This document shows, one piece after another, positions 39,047 to 52,232 of a stretch of 64,000 nt of DNA. Location of the stretch: contig NC_058368.1 in assembly GCF_018350175.1 (NCBI RefSeq), positions 67,272,001 to 67,336,000 on the forward strand. Direction: 5' to 3'. The translations under genes were made by a program, and so were the position numbers. The notes beneath the pieces were generated by a model, which was given only the letters and a program-made list of their open reading frames with translations, was not told the DNA's origin and searched no databases. The DNA is from Felis catus (taxonomy: Eukaryota). How positions within the stretch are numbered: position 1 is the first letter of the stretch; every line of letters begins with the position of its first letter.

Positions 39047-40528
39047 CCGAACTGTCCAATGGGGGAAATTGGCAGGTGTCCCAAGCTGGCTTGTTTTTTA
39101 AAAGTTTTTAAAAAATGAAGACGTTTTGTAATTTCAAAATAATAGGTGTTAAACTATCCAAATAAATAACTGCGATAAATGTATACTGACTAAACAGCGG
39201 GAAAGTACTAGAGCTTCACGGTAATAAAACATTTGTCGTGTGTATCAGGTGGTGCGGAGCCATGAAAATTGTACAGTATCGTTACATTCTAAATCTTCGG
39301 GCCGACTAAACGGTATTTTATACTATAGGAAACAATGTGCAATTGCAATCCTCTAGAGAACTTTGAAGATTATAGCTTGAGGCAGAGAGGATCCGCAGAG
39401 AAGGCTTGTGCTGACCAGAGGTTTGCATTCAGACTAAAGAGGACATACCTTCAAATACGTGGCCGTGTTTTAAGAGCACATTACTTTGTGATGCCTTCAA
39501 GCTTTCTTTTTTTTAAAAACTTCCTCTGAAATCCAAGAGGATAATGTTTTTACTAAAAATATTTACAAGGAAATGGGAAACTTTAAGTGATTTCCCAAAG
39601 AAAACCAATTTCCAAAAACCCTTAAAGCCCCTGTTATTAGGCAAACAAATACTTTGCAAAGATTCTGGGTCCCTCTGCCATTCCCAAGGACTTGTCTGGG
39701 GTGGTCACAAAACTTGCTCAGCAGCTTACAGAAGACTTCTGGTCTTTGTGTTCACAGAAGGGCGATGAGAGGATCCTATCTTCTTACAGTCTTCATACTT
39801 ATGAATACTGTACTGTATAAATGAAGAAGTTAATCAGGACTTATGGTGAGAGGAGAGGTTCCTTCCTGCCAGATACATGACTAACCATATCCACTAACCA
39901 TAGGCAATATTTACCCAGAGTCACTTGTGAGGAAGCCATTCTTCCTGCCTGCCTGCCTACTTCCTTCCTTCCTTTCTTCCTTCCTTCCTTCCCACATTTT
40001 TTCCTTTCTTGCATGGATTTTACTGAGCACGTACTCCTGCACTGTGCCAGGGGCTGGAGATACAGCACTTGCCCTCCGGGAGCTCTTCTGAGAAGAAAGA
40101 ATGAGATGGGATGAAAACCTACTGGCCTTAGGCATCTGGAGAGGGGAGAAGGGTGTAATCAAGGAAGAAAAGTTGATAAACTGAATCTTAAAAGCTGGAT
40201 GGAAAATTGCCAGTGAGACAAGAAAGAATAAGTGGTCTAGGTGGAAGCTAAAAATATGTCCTAGGGGTGCCTGGGTGACTCAGTCGGTCGAGCATCTGTG
40301 ATTTTGGCTCAGGTCATGATCCCAGGGTCATGGGATTGAGCTCCTCACTGAGCATGGAGCCTGCTTGAGATTCTCTCTCCCTCTGCTCCCCTGCTCTTTC
40401 TCTACCTCTTCCTCTTCCTCTACCCCACTCGTGTGCTCTCTCAATCTCTCTCTCTAAAATAAAAAAATAATACTAAAATACGTTCTATTTTTTCTGGTAG
40501 AATTATAAATTGGAACCATATTAATAGC

Positions 40529-40624
40529 TTCTGGGAAGATATTGGCTACTGGAGTCTTTAGCTTGGATATTTAGACAGTATTAATAGATCCAGTATTAAA
40601 AACAACATCTTTAAGGCTTTATGT
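40529..40624 (+). repeat. 96-bp direct repeat, copy A (copy B at 41986-42081)
   Basis: Ungapped manual alignment with 8 mismatches. Confidence 0.95.
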
Positions 40625-41039
40625 CCTTCTTTTTTCCAAAAGAATTTTCAAGCAGCTTATAATAATATACCCAATATAAAAGAAAACATGAGTAAATGAG
40701 GCAAGAAATATAAGGAGAAGATCATATTAGGAAAATGAAATAAAGCTACTGCCTATCACAGGTCTTTTACAGTTAATGTGGGTGGGTCAGCAGATATGGC
40801 AGCCGGCCTCCCTACCGTGTGGGAAACAATCAGGTACATTGGTCACAGTGCCCGTGAAATACAATCAAGCAGAATTTCTCTCACAGATGTAGAAAGTGGA
40901 CTGTGGCGGAGTAGGCTAATTTTGCTGCATGGTGTCCAGCTATTCTTGCCTGATAACTAAACAACAATTTTCTTCTGGGGGTCATCCACTACTCATCCTG
41001 ATCTGTGTGTATCTTGTGGATTTGACTCCATCCTTCCGT

Positions 41040-41420
41040 CTCAAGCAGGGATGGAATACGTGACTCACACAAGCCTGGTGAATGCATTGCATCCGTCTGG
41101 CCCCCAGGATTGGTTCAGAGATAAGCACATGACCCAGGCACGGCTAATCAGATCACCTGGACTTCTGGGAAAGATTCTGAACTTGCACACGAAAAGGCGT
41201 GAATGCTGGAGCTGCCCTGCTATTTAGAGACCTCAAGAGCAGAGCTTATCTGAGAGGATAAGATAAAGACACAGATAAAGACACAGAATGAGAAAAGTAA
41301 ATCCTGCTGACATCACTTGACCATGGATCAAGCAGTCCTTGAACTATATCCAGACTTCTAAATTCCATAAGCCAATAACTTCCAATTTTGCTTTAGCCGG
41401 TTTGTGTTGGATTATTTGCC
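41040..41420 (+). mobile_element. Old ERVL-class/MaLR LTR (LTR16/33-like)
   Basis: gattggttcagagataagcacatgacccagg...agccaataacttcc...ttgctttagccggtttgtgttgg. Confidence 0.62.
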
Positions 41421-42310
41421 CTTCATTCATGTAATGACATTGTGTGATGGAACAGAAAACACTTCCACTAAGATCATTGCAGTAAACACAAAATTTTAGA
41501 AAACTTTTTTGTACCATCCCTCAAAGCAGGTCAATTGCAAAATGACAAAGCACAGTCAAGTCAATTCGAAAGGGAACCAAAGCAAGGTAGTCTCAAATGA
41601 CACCGTCGGCTTGAGCCAAGAATACGGATGGATGCACTTCATACTCTCCAGTAGACTCTCAAAGAACATGTTGACCCCACACTTTACAGCATGCAATGAG
41701 GGTTTTCTGATGCGACTCTAAAGGGTAGCTATTCTGTGTTACCAACTAAGAAATCGAGTGTATGCTTGATAATCAATGAATATTCTCTTGTTAGGACATA
41801 TTCCTAGGGTTCAAATTCCTTTTCTGTCACTTATTAGCATCTAAGAATTGTGGGACAAGGAACTTAACATTTCCTTGGCCTTGGTTTCCTCATCTGAAAA
41901 GTGGAGATGATTATATTACCCATCACAGAGTTGTTGTGAGGATAAAATGCATGTATGCATTCAAGTGGTTAGCTGTACTAATCATTTCTGGGAAGATATT
42001 GGCTATTGGAATCATTAGCTTGGATATCTAGACAGTACTAATAGATCCAATATTAAAAATAACATCTTCAAGGCTTTATGTACTGTTACACACCTAGCAC
42101 ATATTTTGCTCAATAAATGTTTAGAAATCCTTGTCTTTATCACTATCACATCCTCACAGAGAATCCTTGGGGGCAGGGCTTTTGAGATTTTACTCAAACA
42201 GTTCTGATATACTCTAACACCCAGAAACGTTGGTGAGCTGTGTCCCAAAGTTCCGTCTTAGATCACATCAGGGTTATTTACTTGAGAACATTAACAAAAC
42301 CTGCACTTAC

Positions 42311-45300
42311 CAATTGCAGCCATTAAGGAAAAAAGAATTCCATCCAGGGGACATCTGATTTTAGAAAGGACAACTTCCGGATGACTGCTCTAAGACAGAG
42401 TAGCTCCTGAATGGACCCTAGGAAACTCAACAATACTAATGTGACCAGAGCTGTGAAACTGTCGGTAGATGTTGGTCACGAGAAAAATATTTTTGTTTAG
42501 GGTGTGATCTTGTATCATATTTCTGACAATAATAAAATAACTGAATCAATTGTTGAGGCCTTCCTGAGTACGTGACAGCCATCAGTAGGGCCATGTGACA
42601 TTGGGTAAACTGGTTAATCTCTCTGCACCTCAGTTTCCTGTAGAAGGGCTGTCCTGGGGGTTAGAGAGTATAATGCATGTCAGGGGCCTGGCACATAGCA
42701 CAAGCTCATTAGAGGCTAGGATGTCAGGAGAGTTATTTTTCTCTCACCGAACAAGAAATCTGAAGGTTGGTAGCCCAGGGCTGGTCCAGGGGCTTGAGAA
42801 GACCGAAGCAAGGTCTCTGTGACTCTGGGCCTTTCTCTCGTGTCTGGTCACAAGATGATTGTTGCAGCCATGCATCCAGGCTTCATGCTTTAGGCAAGAA
42901 CATCAAAGTCTGGGGTCTGTTGGGGTTTGTTTGTTTGTTTGTTTTAAATGTTTATTTATTTTTAAGAGAGTGCAAGCAGGGAGAGGCAGAGAGAGGAGAA
43001 CGGAAAATCCAAAGTGGGCTCTGCGCTGACAGGCTGACAGCAGCAAGCCTGATGGCGGCTCAAACTCCCTAACTGCGAGCTCATGACCTGAGCTGAAGTT
43101 GGAGGCTCAACCAACTGAGCCACCCAGGTGTCTCTGGGGTCTGTTAGTTTTTTAAGAAGAGGGAGGATTGGTGTGACAATCTTCACTGCAGTTAGCTGTT
43201 AAGCATGTTGGAATTTATCACACCAAACTTCATAATAGCCCCGGAGAGAAACAAGGGCGGTATTATCTCTATTTCATTAATGTGAAAATGGAGGCTAGAG
43301 AGGGGCGGAAATTTGCCTGGGGCTGTATAGTAGTGAGGGGCAGAAATAAGCTGCTAACTCAGGCTACCACGTTTCTTGCTTTTGGTTCGTATCTCTGGCC
43401 AGCATACCAGCCTGTCATAAGGGGCGATTCTTTGTTGGAGGTACATGAATGAGTTTTAAGCCATCAAATGAAGAGGTTAATGGAAGGCAGTGTCATTAAA
43501 TGTAAATTAAGATAAGGTGCTGCAAAATGTTCTGAGCATCTCAGGGTCGAGGTGAAGAGGAAAGGGAGGAGAGAAGTTCAAGATTAAGATGGGAAGTAAA
43601 GAGAGAGTAAATGCAAATCAGATATGAAAAGCATATGAAAATCTAAAGCTCAAAGAAAGAGTTGCTCTTATAATTATGACTTTATGTTTTCCTTCGATGT
43701 GGCTTGAGGGATATAGTGTAAGTACATGCATGTAGATGAACATACCTTCACGTGCTCAAATGAGTGCATCCAAATGGTGCCTGATAGACACCACCATGTT
43801 AACAAAATCAGAAATGATACAAGGTTAATCTTTTTAGATTAATAGTAAAAGCTTTCAGCCCACGTACATCAACTTTATGCAAAAGTTCTATATTAAAACA
43901 GATTTCCCATACATTACATATATGCTACATTTGATATAATTTAAGCAACTTTTAATATTTAAATACATATTTCATAGCAAATGACCCCACAATAACAAAA
44001 TTCATTTTTGTGCATTTTAAAATAGGGAGGAAGAAGACGACCATCACCATTAGAAATCATCATAAAAATTAATCTTACCTGAAATCAGAGTTTCATTAAA
44101 GTATTTCTGCAATGATGAAAACAATTAGCACGATAGAAGGAATTGTGGGTGTTGTAGCCAAAGAGAGCTGCCTGGATCGAAGTCGTGGTTGCAATGTTTC
44201 CTCTCGGTTTCTTCATCTGTAAAGTGGGGATGACATTTACCTCACAGGGTTGTTTTGAGGATCAGATTCGATAATGTACATATAGTACTTAACACAGTGC
44301 CTGACATATACAGAACATCCAGTATTAGTACATTTTCTTATTTCAGTAATTGGATTTTAGTTTCTCTTATCTTATAGAGTTGGCAAAAACATTTCTAACA
44401 CTGGCATTAGAATTTTTATTTTAAAGCTTTAAAGTTTTTATTAAGGTTAAAATTCCAAAGGGTGTACCTCCTTACTTAATCATACAGCTACTGAAAGAAC
44501 GCTAGGCATAGAAATAATTTCGTGGTCATAGTTTATATATTAAAGTGCAACACTATTTTTCTAAATTTCAAAATAAACTTATTTTAGTGCCTCAGAAATG
44601 GCCTTGGGATTTAAACTCCATTATCCATCATTAAAAAGTAAGAAATCTAGGGGTACTTGGTGGCTCAGTCAGTTAAGCGTCTGACTCTTGATGTTGGCTC
44701 AGGTTGTGATCTTGGGGTCGTGGGATTGGGCCCTGCATGGGGCTCAGCACTGAGCATGGAGCCAGCCGGGGATTCTCTCTCTCCCTCTCTCTCTGCCCCT
44801 CCCCCACTCGTGTGCATGCACTCCCACTCTCTCTTTCAAAATAAATAAACCAAAAATAAGAAACCTAGAATCATTCGCATTATGGAATCTGAACACACTA
44901 TCCCTGCCTTGATTGGTTACACCACAGTACTTACTTGGGCTTAAATCCAGTGTGCGGCCATCTTGACCTCTCAGTGCTAGGGGTCCATAAGAAACTTTTC
45001 AAACTGAGTGGATATAAAGGCTTCAGCCAACTGCTATTACTTTATGCAATGTAGAGAATTCTGTTCCACTGGCATCCACATCTCCAAAGATTTCCTTTAG
45101 TCTCAGTAGTAAACATTAGAATTTCAAGCTTCCCAAACTACGCAAGCATTTAAGCTCAAACATGAAAGACTGATTCCTCAAGAACTATCAGCCACAAAGT
45201 TCCTCTTATTTTGTAAGACACCTTCCTCTGCAAAGGAGGGGGCTGGGTGCTGCAGGTTAGCCTCAGGCTTCTGAAGAATTGGAAAAGCCGGGGGGGGGGG

Positions 45301-46897
45301 GGGGGAAGGTCTTTTGGAATCATTTTGACCCAGTTTGGGCTTACAATTCAATACAAGTACACAGACTCATGCTACTTATTTTAGCCTTTTAAGACTTTAT
45401 TTTTTGCATTACCATAATGCCATTTTCATACACAGCAGGGTCCACAAACTGCTTGATATTTCTCTAAAAGTTTTTTTGAGCTTGTAGTAGTTTCCTCTGA
45501 CTTTTTTTTTTTTAATGGCATTTACTTGTTGAAGACATCAAGCCATTTCTCTTATAGAACATCTCATAGTCTGGATTATTTTGCCATTCACATAAAGTAC
45601 ACAATCCACTTGGAATTGGTTTATGTGTGTCATGTGATATGGAGAGTTAGTTCATTTTTTTCCATATGGATGTCTTGTTGCCCCCAGCAGCATTTACAGA
45701 TTTATTGAAAGATTTGCTTTTTAGAATCAAAAATCTGTCTATCATCTATCTATCTATCTATCTATCTATCCATCTATCAGTGCAGGACTACTTTAGTGCT
45801 CAGCATTCTTTCCTTTTGGACTATTTGTCTAACACCACTGTGTCTGAATTCCTGCATTTATATTTGTATTTGTATCTGTAATGAGTATTTTATATAGTAG
45901 AGTAAGGAGTCGCAACTTGGGGCTTCTTTAAGAGTGTATCAGCTATTTGGGACTTTTGCATTACCATATAAATTTTAGAATCAACTTGTCAGGTTCCACA
46001 ACAACCTGTTGGAATTTTTATTGGGGATAGCACTGAATTATCAAACAATTAGGAAGAATTGCCATCATTATAATATTGAGTCTTCCAATTAATGAACACG
46101 ACATATGAATAAACATAATCCTCAGACTCAAGTGAGTGGGGCCTCTGCCATGGACGCCAATCTCAGGCCTTCTGTGCATTGTACCCCTTTCCCATGAGAT
46201 AGAGTCTACTGGGTCGATGGGATATGTTACTCAGAGCTGTCACTCCCTCCTAGACTGTAATCTGGGTGTCAAGATCCTGGAATTTCCCGCCCAGTGGCTT
46301 TAACCCACTTCCAGAACCTGCACAGCCTCTTCCCTAGCGTGCTCTCGTCAAGGCAGAAATCCATGAGCGCAGATCCTTATTCCTGAGGATTGGCTAAGGG
46401 GTAGTCAAGTGGTTGTCAAGGGACACAGGTGTACAGGTGGAGCTTGAATGTGTGGACTGGTGCATCCACATATGCACGTGAGAGTCTCCTCCTGATAAAG
46501 TTAAGATGGAGCCAGGCGTGGAAGGAGAAGTGGGGTAAGTGGGGGCTGTGAGCTAAGGGCTGTGTTCCGGCACTTTTAAATATTTAGGTGTAGGGCACGC
46601 AGGCCTCTATTTGTGTTCTTTCCCCAGGTCCCACATAAAGTGAGAGCAGGGCTGATAATGCATTGTTTTATTTTAATCTTCCTTAATTTCATTCAATAAT
46701 ATTTTAAGGCTCTCCACCTAAAGATCTTGAACATCTCTCTTAAAATTTATTTCTGGTTCTTTGATATTTTTAATTCTTTTTTTTTTAATGGAAACAATAA
46801 TTTTTTAGCTGTTGGCTACATTTACATAGAAATTTAATTTTTGTATGTTTGGATTCAACAAACTTGTTAAACTCTCCTATTTTTTAAAAAAGACTAT

Positions 46898-46932
<35 letters not shown>

Positions 46933-48955
46933 TTAAGTAATCTCTATACCCAACATGGGGCTTGAACTCACAACCCCAAGATCAAGAGTTGCATGCTCCA
47001 CCGACTGAGACAGCCAGGTGTCCCGCTCTCCTATTAATATTAATAATTTATCTGTAGATTCTCTTGGATTTTCTATACAGACAGCTATATGTCATCTGTG
47101 AATAACAACAATTTCATTTCTTCCCAATTTCCCAGTACCATATGTTGTTTATGCATTCATCAGCGGGTGGAGATTTGGGTTGTAGTCACCATTTGGCCAT
47201 TATGAATAATGCTGCTAAGAGCATTTGTATACAAGTTTTTGTATGAATATATGTTTTCTGTGCTCTTGGGTAGATACACCTAACAGAAGAACTTTGGGGT
47301 CATACAGTAATTCTATGGTTAACTTTTCAGGGAACTGCCATATTATTTTATACAGTGGCTGCATCATTTTACTTTCTGACCAGCAAGGTATGAGAGTTAT
47401 AACTTCTCCACATCTCACCAACACTTGCTTTTGTTTTTTTGTTTTTTTTTTTTTTTTTTTTGATTAAAATCATTTCAGTGGGTATGAAATGGTATCTCAT
47501 TCTGGTTTTGGTTTGTATTTTCCTAATGATTAATGGTATTGGGCATCATTTCATGGGTTCATTGGCCATGTATCTTCTTTGGAGAAATGTCCATTTAAGT
47601 CCTTTACACATTTCCAAATTGGGTTATTTGTCTTTTTATTATTGAGTTGTAAGAGCTCTGAATATATTCTAGATACTGGACTCTTACCAGATTTGCAAAT
47701 ACTTTCTTTGATACTGTGAGTTGTTTTCTTAATCTAAAGTGATATGTAATGTGAGCAAGAAATAAACCTATATTGTTGAAAGCAACTGAGATTCTTGGTT
47801 GTTGGTGACTGTAGAATAACTTAATGAAAATTGGCTAGACAACTTGTGTCTAGCTTTGTGTACCTGTACTATCTCATACCCCATTTGCATTTGCCCCATT
47901 GGGCAGGGTTGAGTAGCAACTATGTGTGTCACATTTCTTCTAAGTAGACTTTCAGTCACTCCTGCTGTTTTTAGTCCCACTTCTGTCTCTTTTCAAATAT
48001 GCCTGTGACCTTCTAATTGTGGCAGTTCTACAATATAATTTGGGTTGTTTTTGGCTTTCCTCACTGCCAGTTTAGGATTCAACCTTCTTATTTCTGTTAG
48101 GCAACTTATCATTTGTGAATCTTACTTCCAGATTCCAAAGTTTTATGTTCTTGTTTCCTCTACCCCCACTTTTTGCTCTTGATGGTTTTATGCAATAGTG
48201 TTTTTTATGTTTATTTATTTTGAGAGAGAACAAGAGTATGAGCAGGGGAGGGGCAGAGAGAGAGGGAGAGATAAAATCCCAAGCAGGCTCTGTATTGTCA
48301 GCACAGCCCCCGATGCATGGTTCGAACACACAAACTGTGAGATCATGACCTGAGCCGAAATCAAGAGTTGGATGCTTAACCGACTGAGCCAGCCAGGCGT
48401 CCCTATGCAATAGTGTTTTGTTTTTTGTTTTTTGTTTTTAGGTCTGTTTACTGTTTTTTTAGTGGAGTTTCAGGAGGAAGCAAATGTAAATATGTATGTC
48501 TACCATTTTTACCCAGAAGTCTATCTTCTCATTTCAAGTGCTAATCGAACACAGCCAATCTGTGGCCAGTGTATTATCACCCTATGGCCATGTGCAATTC
48601 TATGTATCCAAAGGGAAAGCACATCCTCATCCATAAACAGTTACAGCTATTCACTCCAGGAGGAATGTGGCATTTGTAAGGGAAAGCTTTTTGCTCATCA
48701 ACTACAGTTGAACTGGATGTATGCTGAGCTACCGACCTCCAAGTTTGGTGGCAACGTGGAGATTTTCTGATTCTATGATCAAGTACCATGATCTAAACGT
48801 GTGTTTGGGGGCCATATGAAGTACTTACTGGCATGCTTTGTTCAAAATCCTTTTTCTTCTCCTGTGTGACTATATCTCTATAATGCCATTATATTCAAGT
48901 GAGTCAAACATTCTGGTGTCAAATATTTCTTGGTTTTCAAATAGAGTATAAGAAA

Positions 48956-49015
<60 letters not shown>

Positions 49016-52000
49016 GAAAGGATATCAGCTAAAGGAAGCCAAGGCCTAGATGAATGAACCATTTGCTAAAAATTAAATGCAAATAAGATATTGGTAATGA
49101 ATAAGATCAAATAGAAATAAATATGATGATTTTCTTGCCCCCAAAGGACTGACAGGCAAACTGCATGAAGAAGCTAGCTCTAAGGAAAGGGAGCGTGTCC
49201 CCACCAGTCAAGTGTGGTGTTTGTGGGAGCAGGAACAAGAACAGACACCACAGCAAAATCAGTCAGTGAGATTGGACTGCGTTAATGGGCCATTTTATTA
49301 ACTGGGTAGTTGGCAAGAAAAATACAGTTTCATTCAACAAGTTGGTAACACTGAGTTAAAGAGAGGAATTAGCTAGGTCATTAAGACACCACACAAACTG
49401 ATCTCTAGAGCTTGAACATAGCAGGAAATGTTTCTTTACAGAGAATTAGAAAAGGTGCCAACGTACATGACTGATTGATGGCCAATGGGATGCTTTGTTT
49501 CTTTTTGAAACAAAGCTGGAAACAAAGATTTTTTTTTTTTAATGTGGAACTGGTTGGGTCAGTGAAATATTACTGCCCACACCTAGTTTTTTTTCTAACA
49601 TATATTTTTGTGTGACTATGATCGTAGAGACCCATGCTATTATATGTACATTTCTAAACTGAAAAACAAAGTCAAAATAATCAGGAGAGGAAAATTTAAC
49701 AGAAGCTCTTAAAATCTCTTCTTGCTTTATGTACCGATATACTTTTTCACCCAGTAAGTCAGTGCTACTTTCTTTTCCAATGATTAGGAATGTTTTCCCC
49801 AGAGCTCCTGAAATATTTCTTCCCTGGCAAGTGAGATTTCCAACTAATTGAAGTGAATAAACACGCTTCTTTCCAAAGAATGTGCCATGTTACATAGAAA
49901 ACAGGGCTTGAAAGGAATTGTTAAGAGCCATTAGCCTTATTAACATGTTATTTTTTTGATATTGTCAAGGGCATAGGGAACTAGTCCTTCGCGGTGGAGT
50001 TCTTAGCTTTTCGGTGAGCCTGCCTCCAGGCTGGAATAATTTAGTCACCTGACTTTCCTGTAACTCTTATTACTTTTGGCTTCATGAGGCAGCATTCATG
50101 CTCGAGTGGTCCTTTTCCACTCCCCAAAAGTCTTTTGTAGGACACTGCTAACCATTTTTCTTTGCCTACTTCTCTGCATGAAATGTACAAAAATCCCTAG
50201 TCAGACACCCAGGGTTGATATACAAATAAGAGATACAACTTGGATTCTGTCTTTCTATTATTTGTTTCAATATTGCTCTATTTATTATTTGTTTATATTT
50301 CTTGGTTTAGCAGAAGATTTCTCTCCCTCAAAACTAGCTTATTAGATCTGATCATCTGATGCTGCTTTTAATAATTATAGTGAGGAAAATATTGTAAATT
50401 ATCCTATAGTCAAACCAATAAAATTGTTATGGAGGGTCACTTTTATTATTTAAAACGCTGCATTTATTATACTTAAATTAATCATTCATAGAATGATTTT
50501 TAATGCACACCAACACAACTAGAAAGTTCATTTCTTGGTTCACATCTCCAAACACTCATACTTGTTTATTCTTGAAACTGGAGGGAAGAGAGAGCATCAG
50601 AAAGTTTGCACAATGCCCCGCGAATTATTTAAATCCATTTCCTGTGCAGTGAAAGCCCTATGACATTTCCAGAGCTGCTGTTTATTTTGGGATGTGAAGG
50701 ATGTTAAAATTCTTTGTGTTTAAACCACAACATTTGTGAGTGGCATGAGACAAAGACTCATGGCAGGCTGTAAGTGGCCAGGCAATCCCTACCGGAAGGA
50801 AAGAGGCTATTGAATTACGGGAGTCCAGGGCAGGCAAATTCACCTGGGTTGGCAAGCTTAGAGGAGGCTGCGAAGAAAGACTGACATCCATTGTTCCTCT
50901 CACCTGCCTGAGTGTATTCAATCTAAAGGAGCAGTTTGTTTCTCTCTACCTTCATTAGTGCAGAGACCAAACTCCAAATTGCATAAAGGAGAATGTTAAT
51001 ATGCTGGTTATAAGTTTTTACACAAAGAGGAATACCCGCTACACAGATGTTCAAGGAAAATACTTTGTGTTTATCAATTATCTCATACCATATATTTTTG
51101 GACTGTTTTATCTGTATGTTTTACTAAAGTGTTTCCCTGAAACTCACTAACCTTTACAACACCCTGTTGTAATAGGAACAGTCTAAAAACTACTTTATTT
51201 TCTTCTTTTTTCATTAAAAATTTTTTTTTAACATTTATTTATTTTTAGAGACAGAGACAGAGTGCACACAGGGGAGGGGCAGAGAGAGAGAGAGAGAGGG
51301 AGACACAGAATCTGAAACAGGCTCCAGGCTCTAAGCTGTCAGCACAGAGCCTGGCACGGGAATTGAACCTATGAAGCACCAGATCATGACCTGAGCTGAA
51401 GTCAGATGCTTAACTGATTAAGCCACACAAGTGCCCCTTTATTTTCTTCTTTATTTTTTCTTCCTTTCTTCTTTTCCACTGTCTTTTCCAATAACCGACA
51501 CATAACATTATACTAGTTTCAGGTATACAACGTAATGATTCAGTATTTGTATATACAGTTGATCCTTGAACAACACAGATTTAAACCATGTGCGTTCACA
51601 TATATGCAGATTTTTTCGATGAATACAGTATAGTAATGTAAATGTATTTTCTCTCCCTTATGATTCTCTTAATAACATTTTCTTTCTTAAGCTTACTTTG
51701 TAAGAATATAGTATATAATAGATATAACATACAAAATATATGTTAATTGACTGTTATGTTATCAATAAGGCTTCCTGTCAACAGTAGGCTATCCTGATTT
51801 TCAGGAATCAAAAGTTATAAACAGATTTTTGGGACACCTGGGTGGCTCATTCGGTTAAGTGTCTGACTCTTGATTTTGGCTCAGGTCCTGATTTCACGGT
51901 TCATGAGTTTGAGCCCTGCCTGGGGCTCTGTGCTGACAGTGAGGAGCCTGCTTGGGATTCTCTCTCTCCCTCTCTCTCTGCCCATCCCCTTCATGTGCAC

Positions 52001-52185
52001 ATGTTCTCTCAAAATAAATAAATAAATTTAAAGAAAAGTTATAAGTCAATTTGACTGCACAGGAGTTGGCACCTCAAATCCCTGCACTGTTGAAGGGCGA
52101 AATCATCACAACAAATCTAGTTAACATCTGTCCCCATAGTTTTCTTTTTTTTCTTTCATACTTTTCTTTCTTTCTTTATGCTTAC

Positions 52186-52232
<47 letters not shown>

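Larger units (their letters stand above)
38190..39320. promoter_or_regulatory. Candidate promoter/enhancer with retained CpGs
   Basis: ATGAGTCAGC (38196-38205), CCGGAAG (38311) and CTTCCGG (38344), a CTCF motif, and about 28 CpG in 38281-39320 by manual count. Confidence 0.4.
40264..51437. mobile_element. Separate Can-SINEs (40264-40470 +, 42930-43133 -, 44650-44860 +, 48200-48403 -, 51220-51437 -)
   Basis: Head, body and tail recognisable; TSD tatgcaatagtgtttt for the copy at 48200. Confidence 0.9.

Noticed and set aside
41630..41717. Possible terminal exon (ESHQKTLIACCKVWGQHVL*)
   Set aside because: Weak acceptor, and the frame depends on which upstream exon is used.
44935..44976. 42-nt exon-like segment with a gtaagt donor and a YY1-like motif (44954-44965)
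   Set aside because: It cannot join the next candidate exon without a stop, so it was left out of the chain. It also shows that such signals can arise by chance.
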